NCBI GenBank assembly: GCA_041577295.1
Contig: JBFGJG010000002.1
Span: 103,039 to 167,038, forward strand
DNA: 64,000 bases
Source: Gemmatimonadales bacterium
GTDB lineage: Bacteria; Gemmatimonadota; Gemmatimonadetes; Gemmatimonadales; GWC2-71-9
Reading direction: 5' to 3'
A model generated the notes under the pieces. The model had not been told where the DNA came from, did not search any database, and worked only from the letters and a program-made list of their open reading frames with translations. This document shows positions 51,734 through 61,274 of the stretch, piece by piece; the stretch's first letter is position 1, and every line of letters begins with the position of its first letter. A program made the translations under genes and the position numbers.

Positions 51734-53950
51734 CTAGAAGCTCATATCCCACGTCAGCGTGACGCTTCTGCCGGGCTGCGGGCGGAAGAAGCTTGCGTTG
51801 GCAAACTCCGCATAGAGCTCATTGGTGAGATTGTCGATCACGACCAGCAGGCGATGCACGTGCGGGCCGCGCCGGAAAACCGTGACGCCGCCCCGGATCG
51901 CATGAACCGTGAACGCCGGCAGAATCGGGCCCACGGGATTGTCGATTACTAGGTCAACGTCCTTACGATCTCCGTTGTGACGGAACGCATACTCGACCCA
52001 GAACCGGTCCGTGGGGAAGGTGTACCGGGCACGACCCGTGAGCTTCTCATCGAAGGAGTCGCCCACCGGGTTGTTTTCATCGAGGACGTTCTTCGAGTCC
52101 TGATGGGTATAACTACCGCCGAGGGATACGCCCGCCGGCAGGTTTACGTCGCCCCGCAACTCGACTCCCCAGAACCGGAGCTTGTCGACGTTCACGTTCT
52201 GGAACATCGGTTGTCCTTGGGTCGTCGTATCACCGGTCGGGGAGATGCGGATCCCGTTGTGGATCTCATTGCGAAAGACGAAACCTTCGAGATCGAGCAC
52301 CTGGTTTCGGTAGCGTAGTCCAAAGTCGAGATTGAAGCTCGTCTCGGGTTCGAGTGCCGGATTCGCCACCTGAAAGGCCTGGCCCTCAGGCGTCGGGCCG
52401 TTGAAGAAGCGCTCAACCAAATTGGGCGCGCGAAACGCACGGCCGACCGAGGCGACCGCTGCCAAATAGTCGGTGAGCTGGTAGAGGCCATTGGCGGAGG
52501 CGACCAGAGTACGGTCCGTATCAGACAATCCAGGGTCACCCAGCCCAGCCGTTTGATCGGTCTCGGCATGAACGTCCTGATAGCGAGCACCCAGCACCAG
52601 CGTGGCACGATCGGTCAACTGCATGTCTCCCTGCACGAAGACCCCGACGCTGCGGAGGCTGGCATTGGGAACTGGTGGCGTTGTGACCGGTGGAATCGGA
52701 GGCCCGGGCACACCGGGAATCCGAACTTCGACGATGCTGGAATCGGAATTGTTGGAGTCGTCGTGGAAGAAATCGGCGCCGTACGTCACCATCACACGGC
52801 CACCGACCAACTTGCTGGCCTCGATTCTCGAGCCAACGGTGGTCACGTCGGTGAAGTTGCTGGAGAACTGCCGGATATCGCCCACGACGTTGGGGCCAAA
52901 GGGAATCCCGGATACCAGCACGTCGAGATTGAACCGTCGATCGTTGTCCTGGAAGTACCCCACGACGTCCAGCTTGTCGGCTACGGCCGACTGCAAGTTG
53001 GATGCGTGATATCCAAGGGACACTTTGTCGAACCGCTGGAAGGGATAGTCGATGCTAATCGATGGCAGATCGGGTGCATACACTTCCGGATCGACGAAAC
53101 CAAATCCGGTGGTGTCCGCCCGATACCCTTCGTATTTCGCGAAGATCTCGTGGCCAGCACCGATTTCGTAACCGACGCGTGCGCCAAAGCTCTCATCTTG
53201 GACGCCGGTGCCGAATACGGGCGTCTTGGCATCCAGCGTAACGTTGCCAAACGAACCAGCCGGCGCGTCGTACGGACCTGCGTCACGATACGTGCCGGTG
53301 CCCCGGAACGACAGCTTGCCGTACCGGCCGGAGATACTCGCTGTGACCTTGTTCTGCGAATCGTGGGAGCTGAACCGATAGCTGGCGGTGCCGTGCAGTC
53401 CCTCTTGCTGTGGCGTCCGGGTGATGATGTTCACCACCCCACCGATGGCGTCGCTACCGTACAGCACCGACGCCGGCCCGCGAACCACTTCCACCCGTTC
53501 AACACTCGTTACGTCCACGAGGGCGGGAATTTCACCGAAGTCTTGTTGGCGGCGTGAATTGTTGAGACGCATGCCGTCCTCGAGAACGAGGATGCGCTGA
53601 CCGCGCTGACCACGAATGATCGGCCGAACCTGCGTGACGCCAACCCCTGCGACGTCGAGACCGGGGAGGTCTCGGAACAGATCGCTCACGTTGTTTGGCA
53701 TCCGCTCGGCAATGCGGAGTTGATCGAGGACGCTTACTGGATTCGGTGTGATGAAAACATCCTTTGCGGTACGTGTCGCGGTGATGGTCAGGGGACCAAG
53801 CGTCACGGTGTCGCGAGGTTGCTGATCGCCAGTTGCCTGCGCGCGAAGAGCCGTGGGAAGAAGTACGTTCGCCGTCGAGGCGAACAGCAGAACAGCAAAA
53901 GCGAGCCAGACCATGCTCGCGGGCTTGGATACTGATTGTGCGGTAAGCAT
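51734..53950 (-). CDS. TonB-dependent outer-membrane receptor
   Basis: Signal peptide. TonB-box-like DTVTLGPLTITATR. Plug motif VEVVRGPASVLYGSDAIGGVVNIIT. C-terminal beta-barrel ending TLTWDMSF. Confidence 0.9.
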   Translation of the reverse strand: MLTAQSVSKPASMVWLAFAVLLFASTANVLLPTALRAQATGDQQPRDTVTLGPLTITATRTAKDVFITPNPVSVLDQLRIAERMPNNVSDLFRDLPGLDVAGVGVTQVRPIIRGQRGQRILVLEDGMRLNNSRRQQDFGEIPALVDVTSVERVEVVRGPASVLYGSDAIGGVVNIITRTPQQEGLHGTASYRFSSHDSQNKVTASISGRYGKLSFRGTGTYRDAGPYDAPAGSFGNVTLDAKTPVFGTGVQDESFGARVGYEIGAGHEIFAKYEGYRADTTGFGFVDPEVYAPDLPSISIDYPFQRFDKVSLGYHASNLQSAVADKLDVVGYFQDNDRRFNLDVLVSGIPFGPNVVGDIRQFSSNFTDVTTVGSRIEASKLVGGRVMVTYGADFFHDDSNNSDSSIVEVRIPGVPGPPIPPVTTPPVPNASLRSVGVFVQGDMQLTDRATLVLGARYQDVHAETDQTAGLGDPGLSDTDRTLVASANGLYQLTDYLAAVASVGRAFRAPNLVERFFNGPTPEGQAFQVANPALEPETSFNLDFGLRYRNQVLDLEGFVFRNEIHNGIRISPTGDTTTQGQPMFQNVNVDKLRFWGVELRGDVNLPAGVSLGGSYTHQDSKNVLDENNPVGDSFDEKLTGRARYTFPTDRFWVEYAFRHNGDRKDVDLVIDNPVGPILPAFTVHAIRGGVTVFRRGPHVHRLLVVIDNLTNELYAEFANASFFRPQPGRSVTLTWDMSF

Positions 53951-54112
53951 TGAAGGCGCTCCGGTCGAGGAAATACGAACCGGGGGGGGACGCAGAATTC
54001 GTGGCGGGGTGCCACCCAGCTAGCGGTTCGTCGAGCCGTCGAACGGTCTTAGGTTACTTCAGTTCAGCCACTTGTGGTATTCGGTCTGCTACGGATCGAC
54101 GGCACCGAATTA

Positions 54113-54793
54113 CTACGGTGGTGGGGGAAACGGACTGTCGAGCACCCCCATTTCCATCGCGAATCGTGTGAGACCCGCAATCGTGCGGATCCCCAGCTTG
54201 CGCATCAGATTCTCGCGATACGACTCGACCGTTCGATGACTGATCCCCAACTCGCTCGCGATCTCCTTGTTGGTGCGACCCTCGGCGACCCGGCGGAGCA
54301 CCTCCCGTTCTCGCGGCGTCAACTCCGCCAACCGCCCTTGCTGTTCCTCGCGGGTGGCTTCCTGTCTCAGCCCTTCGCCGAGTTGCTTGGCGACGGCTGG
54401 ACTGAAGAACGAGTCCCCGCGGTATACTGCCCGTACCGCCTCGCGCACCTCGGCAGGGCGGGCGTCTTTCAGTACATAGCCATCCGCGCCTGCCCGCACA
54501 GCCTCAGTCACGTACTGTGGATGGTCGTGCATGCTGAGGATGAGGACGCGAATCTCGGGATGCTGCGTCCTGAGCATCGGAAGTAGCTCCAGACCCGAGG
54601 CGCCCGGCATCGTGATATCCAATACGATCACATGAGGACGATGCTCACCCGTGAGCCGCAGAACGTCCGAGCCATCCGTCACTTCGGCGACCACTTCAAA
54701 ACCGGCAGCGCCTGACAACACGTGCCGGATGCCCTCGCGGACGACCGCATGGTCGTCCGCGACGAGAACTCGGATCGGCTCGCCAGTACTCAT
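54113..54793 (-). CDS. NarL/LuxR-family response regulator
   Basis: Receiver domain (IRVLVADDH...VIVLDITMPG). HTH region LTPREREVLRRVAEGRTNKEIASELGISHRTVESYR. Confidence 0.9.
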   Translation of the reverse strand: MSTGEPIRVLVADDHAVVREGIRHVLSGAAGFEVVAEVTDGSDVLRLTGEHRPHVIVLDITMPGASGLELLPMLRTQHPEIRVLILSMHDHPQYVTEAVRAGADGYVLKDARPAEVREAVRAVYRGDSFFSPAVAKQLGEGLRQEATREEQQGRLAELTPREREVLRRVAEGRTNKEIASELGISHRTVESYRENLMRKLGIRTIAGLTRFAMEMGVLDSPFPPPP

Positions 54794-56604
54794 TCCGAAG
54801 ACGAAGAAGTTATGGGTGTGGTCACCACGAGCCTCGCACCGCCACCAGGGGCTGACGTAAGGGAGACCGTTCCACCTAACACCGTGATACGCTCACGCAT
54901 CCATGGTAGACCCATGTGTCCCTTACGCTCCAACGTGAGCAGCTCGGCATCCGGCGGTGGGCCACGTCCATCGTCATCGATGGTCACTGTGAGCCTATCT
55001 TCTGTCGCCGTGACCCGTACCTCAACCAGCTGCGCTTCTGCGTGGCGTGCCACGTTCGCCAGCCCTTCTTGGAGCGCGCGAAACAATGCCAACTCGGCAT
55101 CATCGGTGAGCCCGGGCAGGGTGCTCGGCGCTTCGAATTGCACTTTCACACCGCTTCGGGCACGAAAATCGTGCACGAGCGCGCGCATGGCCGGAAGGAG
55201 TCCCAAGTCGTCGAGCAGCGATGGACGCAGATCGTTGAGAACGTTGCGAATCCCTTGAATCCCTGTGTCCATCAACCCCATGGCGTGATCGAGACGATTT
55301 GCAAGCTCGCGATCAGCGGTCTCGCGCATGACGCCCAGCTGTAGTTGAACGGCCGAGAGAACCTGCGCGGTTTCATCGTGTAGCTCGCGAGACAGGCGTT
55401 GGCGTTCACCCTCGTGTTGTCGCACCATCCGCGTTGCAAGGCGCTCGAGCTCCTCACGCCGAGCCTCGAGTCGCCGATAGAGATCCGCACCCTCGAGGGC
55501 AGCCCCTACCTGCTGCCCCAACGTGACGAGGAACCGCGTGTCCAACGCCGCAAAGGGATCGCGCGCATCCCCAACGATCAACAGCGCGCCGCTCACCTTC
55601 GCCTCGCGGAAGATTGGCAGCGCCGCGGCGTACGCGAATGCAATATCTCGATCCCGTTCACTCGTGCGACCGTCTCGGACAATCTCAGGCGCGCCAGAAC
55701 CTATGGCACGCGTGATGGCGGAAAGTGCCGAGCCATGGGGCACCTGCCCTGCCCACCCACTGCACACACCTGCTGCGGCCACGAACACCCCGCCGTCTCG
55801 CTCCACCACGTACATCGCACTGCCGCGCACACCGGGCAAGCCCAGCGGCCGTTCGACCAAGCGACGAAGCACGTCGGGGCGCTGTTCCCGCCCGCCGTGC
55901 TGAAGATCTCCCGAGAGCGCGGAAAGCGTGCTGAGCGCGCGATGCTGGTCCTCCAGTACTAGCAGCAGAATTCCGGCGCCCATCGCGAGGACGAAAATCA
56001 GATCCAAATAGTATCCCCAAGGGACCCAGGCCCCCCGCGCCCGGAGAAACGGGTAGTCGAGGTGGTGCAGTCCCCACAGCAGGAGGGCGACACCGAGCAA
56101 GGCGGCCGCTGGAGAGCCAACCTGCCGGTGATAGCGGTAGAACACCCAAGCGGTCCAGATCGTCGCCGCGCTGAGGAAGAGCACCGCGGGTCCCGCCGCA
56201 AGGAGAAAGTTGTCGAGCCGGTAAATCGCGACGTAGGACCACACCACCGGGAACAGCACTGCAACGAGGTATTCCCACTTGAACCGTATCTGCTGAGAGA
56301 AAACCAGCGCGGCCCATAACACCCCTAGGGCGGTCCAACCGGTTGCCACCTGATGCCAATAGAGCCAAACCCGATTGGCGGATTCGAGAAAGCTGATGAT
56401 CGCACCGAGACGGAGGGCGTACAGCGTCCACGCGACGCTCCACCACGCGAAGTACGGCTTGCCATAACGCCGAAAGAGAAACACGCACAGCAGCGCCAGG
56501 GCCAGCGTGACCCCACCCTGAAGGAAGGCCGCCGCCAGCTCGGAGGCATCGGCGACACGGGCGCCTAACTCCATATCTTGGAGCTTGTTAGAGACCGCAA
56601 ACAT
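54790..56604 (-). CDS. Membrane sensor histidine kinase: N-terminal multi-TM sensor, GAF, HisKA_3, HATPase_c
   Basis: Six to seven TM helices in the first roughly 220 aa. GAF-like region. H-box ELHDETAQVLSAVQLQLG. ATPase motifs DDDGRG and GHMGLPWMRER. Stop overlaps the regulator start. Confidence 0.85.
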   Translation of the reverse strand: MFAVSNKLQDMELGARVADASELAAAFLQGGVTLALALLCVFLFRRYGKPYFAWWSVAWTLYALRLGAIISFLESANRVWLYWHQVATGWTALGVLWAALVFSQQIRFKWEYLVAVLFPVVWSYVAIYRLDNFLLAAGPAVLFLSAATIWTAWVFYRYHRQVGSPAAALLGVALLLWGLHHLDYPFLRARGAWVPWGYYLDLIFVLAMGAGILLLVLEDQHRALSTLSALSGDLQHGGREQRPDVLRRLVERPLGLPGVRGSAMYVVERDGGVFVAAAGVCSGWAGQVPHGSALSAITRAIGSGAPEIVRDGRTSERDRDIAFAYAAALPIFREAKVSGALLIVGDARDPFAALDTRFLVTLGQQVGAALEGADLYRRLEARREELERLATRMVRQHEGERQRLSRELHDETAQVLSAVQLQLGVMRETADRELANRLDHAMGLMDTGIQGIRNVLNDLRPSLLDDLGLLPAMRALVHDFRARSGVKVQFEAPSTLPGLTDDAELALFRALQEGLANVARHAEAQLVEVRVTATEDRLTVTIDDDGRGPPPDAELLTLERKGHMGLPWMRERITVLGGTVSLTSAPGGGARLVVTTPITSSSSE

Positions 56605-56717
56605 GTAAGCTGCTTAAAGGAAGCGACGGATCAGGCGTGACGCAATGGAAGATGGCGGTGCTCGCCACCTAACCCTAGGCCGTTGGTCACGCCCCGTCCG
56701 CGCACTTTCGCCAGCGA

Positions 56718-58130
56718 TCAGCTGTCGTAATACAGGAAGAACTCGTGCGGATGCGGCCGCAGTAGAATAGGATCGACTTCGTTCTCCATCTTGTAGTCGA
56801 TCCACGTCTCGATCAGGTCGTCGGTGAACACGTCTCCCTTGGTGAGAAACGCGTGATCTTCCCGGAGCGCAGCGAGCGCCTCTGGTAACGATCCCGGTGT
56901 GTGGCGATAGGCTGCCAGCTCGTCGGGTGTCATCTCGTAAATATCACGGTCGAGCGGCTCGCCCGGGTCGATGTTGTTCTCGATGCCATCGAGCACCGCC
57001 ATCAGCATCGCGGAGAACATGAGGTAGCCATTGCAGGTCGGATCCGGACAGCGGAACTCGAGCCGCTTCGCCTTGGGGTTAGCGGAGTACATCGGGATGC
57101 GCACCGCAGCGGAACGGTTTCTCGCCGACATCACCAGGTTGATGGGTGCCTCGAAACCAGGCACCAAGCGCCGATAGGAGTTGGTTGTAGGCGCCGCAAA
57201 CGCCAAGACCGCCGGCGCGTGTTTCAGCAACCCACCAATGCCGTGGAGTGCGAGCTCGCTCAAATCTGCGTAGCCTTTGCCCCCAAAGAGCGGCTTGCCT
57301 CCCTTCCAGAGGGAAAGATGGGTATGCATGCCGCTGCCGTTGTCTTGAAACACCGGTTTCGGCATGAACGTCACCGTCTTCCCATGTCGCTTAGCCACGT
57401 TCTTTATGACGTACTTGTACCACATGAATTGATCGGCTTGCTCGAGCAGGGGGGCGAAACGCATGTCGATCTCGCTCTGGCCAGCGGTGCCCACCTCGTG
57501 ATGATGAGCTTCAACCACTACGCCGATCTTCCGTAACGCGTACACCATTTCGCCCCGGAGATCGTGATACGTATCAGTGGGGCTGACGGGGAAGTAACCG
57601 CCTTTGTAGCTCGGCTTATACCCGAGGTTCGGCTCCTCGAACCGGGCGGTGTTCCACGCGCCCTCTACCGAATCGATCTCGTAGAAGCCGCGGTGCTCGT
57701 TCTGCTCGTAACGGACCTCGTCGAAGATGAAGAACTCGGGTTCGGGACCGATGTAGCAAACGTCGCCGACTCCGGTCTCTTTGAGGTACTCGGTCGCCTT
57801 CCGGGCGACGTGCCGCGGATCTCGAGTGTAATCCTCTTTGGTCACCGGGTCGACGATGTCTGCGATCACACTGACCGTTGGCTCCTTGAAGAACGGATCG
57901 ATCACCATTGAGTCAGGGTCGGGAATGGCGAGCATGTCCGAGACGTGGATGCCTTGCCAGCCACGAATGGACGAACCATCGAATCCCACGCCGTCTTCGA
58001 ACGTGCTCTCGTCCCACGTGTCGACCGGAAAAGAGCAGTGCTGCCAGGTACCCAGGAGATCGGTGAACTTCAGATCGACCATCTCGGCATGGTGTTTCTT
58101 GGCAAAGGCGAAGAAATCGCTAGGCGGCAT
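56718..58130 (-). CDS. glnA: Glutamine synthetase type I (beta-subtype-like), copy 2
   Basis: [61 protein letters not shown], and Tyr loop RDIYEMTP. Confidence 0.9.
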   Translation of the reverse strand: MPPSDFFAFAKKHHAEMVDLKFTDLLGTWQHCSFPVDTWDESTFEDGVGFDGSSIRGWQGIHVSDMLAIPDPDSMVIDPFFKEPTVSVIADIVDPVTKEDYTRDPRHVARKATEYLKETGVGDVCYIGPEPEFFIFDEVRYEQNEHRGFYEIDSVEGAWNTARFEEPNLGYKPSYKGGYFPVSPTDTYHDLRGEMVYALRKIGVVVEAHHHEVGTAGQSEIDMRFAPLLEQADQFMWYKYVIKNVAKRHGKTVTFMPKPVFQDNGSGMHTHLSLWKGGKPLFGGKGYADLSELALHGIGGLLKHAPAVLAFAAPTTNSYRRLVPGFEAPINLVMSARNRSAAVRIPMYSANPKAKRLEFRCPDPTCNGYLMFSAMLMAVLDGIENNIDPGEPLDRDIYEMTPDELAAYRHTPGSLPEALAALREDHAFLTKGDVFTDDLIETWIDYKMENEVDPILLRPHPHEFFLYYDS

Positions 58131-58249
58131 GTTGATCGGCTCCGTGCTGCGAGGTCAGTAGTGGGGATCGCTCCGGGTTTCCGCTGTGGAGCAACCGGCG
58201 CCACGTTAGGCTACCGAGGGCGGGTACGCAAGGAAGAGAACTCGAAGGC

Positions 58250-58563
58250 ACAGGTCTGGTGACTTCGGCCGGGGGCGGGCCTTGCAAGGTCTGAGACGTG
58301 AGCCCTGAGGCCCAAGTCGCGACGACTTGGATCCAAGTCGAGGCGACTCTGGCCCAAGTCGAGGCAACTTGGCTTTGCGGAGGGTGCCCCGAGGCCTCAG
58401 TCGCGACAACTTGGACCCGATTCACAACGACTAAGGTCTCGAGAGGGGTGTCTGAGGCCTGAGATGCGACGACTTGGGTCCAAGTTGGGCCAACTTGGAT
58501 CCAATTCGCGGCGACTCAGGCCCAAGTTGACACGACTTGGGTCAAAGTCGGAGCATCTGAGAC
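58250..58563. repeat. Array of about 14-15 tandem 21-bp units, each an imperfect palindrome CCAAGTCG-N3-CGACTTGG
   Basis: Clear units at 58312-58330 (CCAAGTCGCGACGACTTGG), 58333-58352, 58354-58372, 58394-58413, 58415-58435, 58458-58477, 58480-58498, 58501-58520, 58522-58540 and 58543-58561. Degenerate units fill the two gaps and the 5' flank. Start-to-start spacing is 21-22 nt. Confidence 0.85.
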
Positions 58564-58746
58564 GATGGTCTAGACGCGTAACAGCTGTGTTGGTAATGGA
58601 TTACAGCATCTGGTACTCATGGACGGCCCGCGGCCACGAAGACCTGGCTCCAACAGCTGCGATCAGGCCGATCGAGGTACCCAAGCCGAGCCGGGTCGCG
58701 CCGCCTCCGTGGTGTGGAGCCTTTCGCGCGGCGTAATACCTCGCGA

Positions 58747-58775
58747 AAAGCCCCGGCTGCTCACCGGGGCTTTTT
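58747..58775 (-). terminator. Rho-independent terminator downstream of tRNA-Cys (bidirectional shape)
   Basis: AAAAGCCCCGG-ctgctca-CCGGGGCTTTTT, a 7-bp GC stem flanked by A/T runs on both sides. Confidence 0.6.
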
Positions 58776-58780
58776 GTCAG

Positions 58781-58852
<72 letters not shown>

Positions 58853-58936
58853 TGGGCTGTGGAAGTTGCCCCCGGCCCGGGCGATTCTCAAGGGGAAAAC
58901 GCTCGGAACCGGGGTGCGAGGAGATTGACTTTTTGC

Positions 58937-59461
58937 TTAGTCGTCGGCGAGGGATGTCCGGAGCATCCACGCCATCTTCTCGTGCCGCTCCAACAACCCC
59001 ACCATGAAATCGTTGGTTCCCACGTCGTGGAAGTGCTCGGTGCACTTCTCCTGGTCTTCGCGCAAGTGCCGGATTACTGCCTCGTGGTCGGCAAGGAGGT
59101 TCCCGAGCATGTCACGTGCGCGCGGGTACTCTCCCGGGGTCTCGCTGAGGCGTGATTCCCGCTCGAACTCCTGCACCGTGCCAATCGCGAATCCGCCAAG
59201 CGCACGCGCACGCTCAGCCACATCGTCAATGATGCCCTCGAGCTCTCGGTACTGTTCCTCGAACAGCTCGTGAAGCTGCTGGAAGTGCATGCCGCGCACA
59301 TTCCAATGGTAGTTACGCGACTTGACGTACAGGAGCATCTCGTCGGCAAGCAATTTGTTGAGCAAGCCGACAACACCCTGGCGATCTTCAGCGGACAACC
59401 CGGTGTGGACCCGCGTCGTCTCGTCCATCATGCGGGGCGAAGGCGAGGTCATGACAGCCAT
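58937..59461 (-). CDS. dps: Dps (DNA protection during starvation, ferritin-like)
   Basis: LNKLLADEMLLYVKSRNYHWNVRGMHFQQLHELFEEQY...DDVAERARALGG carries the Dps ferroxidase-site residues. 174 aa. Confidence 0.85.
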   Translation of the reverse strand: MAVMTSPSPRMMDETTRVHTGLSAEDRQGVVGLLNKLLADEMLLYVKSRNYHWNVRGMHFQQLHELFEEQYRELEGIIDDVAERARALGGFAIGTVQEFERESRLSETPGEYPRARDMLGNLLADHEAVIRHLREDQEKCTEHFHDVGTNDFMVGLLERHEKMAWMLRTSLADD

Positions 59462-59530
59462 ATTCGATCTCCGTTAGTGATTCGTTTATTCTATGTTTGT
59501 TAAAGTTAATAGTTAGACAGTAATTGCGCA
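59462..59530 (-). promoter_or_regulatory. AT-rich dps promoter region
   Basis: Visibly AT-rich stretch (…GTTTATTCTATGTTTGTTAAAGTTAATAGTTAGACAGTAATTG…) directly upstream of the dps start. Confidence 0.3.
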
Positions 59531-59608
59531 ACAAGTGCCCAGGCTACCCGCTCGGCCAGCGGCTCAACTTGTACGGACGGCCGCGCGGGGGTAGACTTTT
59601 CCCACCGA

Positions 59609-59682
59609 GCGCCCGTAGCTCAACTGGACAGAGCATCGGACTTCGGATCCGAGGGCTGGGGGTTCGAGTCCTCCCGGGCGCA
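59609..59682 (+). tRNA. tRNA-Arg (anticodon TCG)
   Basis: GCGCCCGTAGCTCAACTGGACAGAGCATCGGACTTCGGATCCGAGGGCTGGGGGTTCGAGTCCTCCCGGGCGCA. Acceptor stem GCGCCCG/CGGGCGC. D-arm GCTC/GAGC. Anticodon stem TCGGA/TCCGA with loop CTTCGGA. T-loop TTCGAGT. CCA is not encoded. Confidence 0.9.
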
Positions 59683-59699
59683 TCACGGCTCGCCGTCTT

Positions 59700-60272
59700 T
59701 CACCCGTTGTAGATCAGACCACCGCGGTCCCGGTACAGCTGCAATACCGACCGAGCGTCGTCCCGGAGCACGCCCCGCACCACTTCCACCCCCCGATCTC
59801 GCAGGTACTGGTACGACTCCGGAAAGACCGGACCCTCATCGAAGTTGAGGCGAGAGGCGTCCTCGCGATGCGCTCCGGTTACCAAACGTTTGACACCGCT
59901 CCACAACACACCGCCAAGACACATAGCGCACGGATCGCAGGAGGAGACGAGCTCGTATGCTGCGTCGGGGTCCGCGCCCAGCGTGTGCACCTGGAGCCGT
60001 TGCTGCGCCATCATCGTGGCGACCATTTCCGCGTGCAGCGAGGAGTTGCGGAGGGGAACCACCTGGTTCATGCCAGCGGCGATGAGCTGCCCCGTGCGCG
60101 ACGCAAAAATCGCGGCCCCAAACGGGCCTCCGGTGTTCTGCATGACGTTCTCTCGCGCGAGGGCGATTGCCAGGCGCATTCGGTCCTCCGTAGCGGTGTA
60201 CTCCCGATCCCAATCGACGACCTGCTCCACCCAGGGAGGATAGGTGATTCGTATTTCGGGAAGAGTTGTCAC
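59700..60272 (-). CDS. CDA-fold nucleoside/nucleotide deaminase (guanine/cytosine deaminase or TadA-like)
   Basis: Zinc motifs HAEMVA and PCAMCLGGV. Start moved to GTG 60272 (GGAGAAAG upstream), because the longer tracked ORF overlaps the divergent gene at 60392. Confidence 0.7.
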   Translation of the reverse strand: MTTLPEIRITYPPWVEQVVDWDREYTATEDRMRLAIALARENVMQNTGGPFGAAIFASRTGQLIAAGMNQVVPLRNSSLHAEMVATMMAQQRLQVHTLGADPDAAYELVSSCDPCAMCLGGVLWSGVKRLVTGAHREDASRLNFDEGPVFPESYQYLRDRGVEVVRGVLRDDARSVLQLYRDRGGLIYNG

Positions 60273-60391
60273 GCCTGTCTGTCTTTCTCCGGCCGATACG
60301 TTCGTCGGGTTGGTGGCACGGCTTTCGGGAGTCCGATCACACCGTATCTTCCTACGAAGTCGTGATGCGATCCGCCCGGCTTTGAGGTCCC

Positions 60392-60856
60392 ATGACCGAC
60401 ATACAGACCTACGCGACATCTTTGCCATTCGGTGCGTCAGTGCTGGACGGCGTGCTGACGGCCGGCCAACCTGAGGAAGCCCATTTTGTCGCGCTCGGCG
60501 CGCTTGGATGCCGCACGGTCGTTGACCTGCGCGGGCCTCACGAGCCTCGTCCCTGTGACGAGCCTACCTGTGTGCAAGCTAACGGAATGGAGTACGTGAG
60601 CATCCCAATCACCCCCCAAACCCTGGGTGACGAGACGTTCGCCGATTTCCGCTCCATGATGCGTGACGCCAGCAAGCGGCCGTTGCTCGTCCACTGTGCC
60701 ACTTCGGATCGAGTGGGTGCACTGCTGCTCCCGTATCTCATTCTCGACCAAGGACACGATCTGGACCGAGCTCTCGAACTCGCGACGAAGGCAGGCCTTC
60801 GCAGCATGCAACTCGCTCAGATTGCGCTGGACTACGCGGAACGCGCTGCAACGTGA
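60392..60856 (+). CDS. Cys-based phosphatase-fold protein (DUF442/PTP-like, HCX5R)
   Basis: P-loop [10 protein letters not shown] (HCxxxxxR). 154 aa. Confidence 0.6.
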   Translation: MTDIQTYATSLPFGASVLDGVLTAGQPEEAHFVALGALGCRTVVDLRGPHEPRPCDEPTCVQANGMEYVSIPITPQTLGDETFADFRSMMRDASKRPLLVHCATSDRVGALLLPYLILDQGHDLDRALELATKAGLRSMQLAQIALDYAERAAT

Positions 60857-60885
60857 TGCCCCCTCGAGGCCCCAACGGTGTTGCC

Positions 60886-61215
60886 ATGATTATCTCTACG
60901 ACGCCATCGATCAACGGTCATGAAATCACCCAGTACTACGGAATCGTCACCGGAGAGGCGATTCTGGGAGCCAACATCTTCAAGGATTTCTTTGCCGGCA
61001 TTCGCGACATCGTTGGCGGTCGCTCGGCGGCTTACGAAGAAGAGCTGCGCAAGGCCCGCGATATCGCAATCGACGAAATGGCGCTCGAAGGAGAAGCCCT
61101 GGGCGCCAATGCGGTGGTCGGGGTCGACATCGACTACGAGACAATTCAGGTAGGGAGCGGTGGGAGCATGCTCATGGTGAGTGCGTCAGGAACGGCGGTA
61201 AAAGTGAGGATGTGA
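60886..61215 (+). CDS. ybjQ: YbjQ/UPF0145-family protein
   Basis: [58 protein letters not shown]...[13 protein letters not shown]...[14 protein letters not shown]. Nearly colinear with E. coli YbjQ as I recall it. Confidence 0.85.
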   Translation: MIISTTPSINGHEITQYYGIVTGEAILGANIFKDFFAGIRDIVGGRSAAYEEELRKARDIAIDEMALEGEALGANAVVGVDIDYETIQVGSGGSMLMVSASGTAVKVRM

Positions 61216-61274
61216 GGACTGGGTGAGTAGTGGGCAGTGAAGCAGACGAGCCAATCCTGCCTATTACGGCATAC

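Noticed and set aside
53951-54112. Possible riboswitch (cobalamin/TPP) in the leader of the TonB-dependent receptor
   Set aside because: Reading the minus strand, I found no B12 box, no TPP CUGAGA/ACCUGA elements and no other riboswitch core I can recognise. Only a 5-bp hairpin is present. An Rfam scan would be needed to exclude one fully.
58131-58260. Sigma54-like element TGGCGCCGGTTGC (minus strand) upstream of glnA-2
   Set aside because: The GG and GC dinucleotides are 8 nt apart instead of the required 10, so it does not fit the -24/-12 geometry.
58250-58563. The repeat array as a CRISPR locus
   Set aside because: The units are contiguous (21-22 nt period) with no unique spacers. The repeats are short and degenerate, and no cas genes are in the window.
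58120-58736. ORFs 58120-58425 (-) and 58464-58736 (+) with heptad-like repeats (…VASTWARVASTWIQVVATW… and …LGSKLGQLGSNSRRLRPKLTRLGSK…)
   Set aside because: The peptide periodicity simply reflects the 21-bp DNA repeat. Neither ORF spans the array, one overlaps the glnA-2 start, and no SD or coding-type codon bias is evident.
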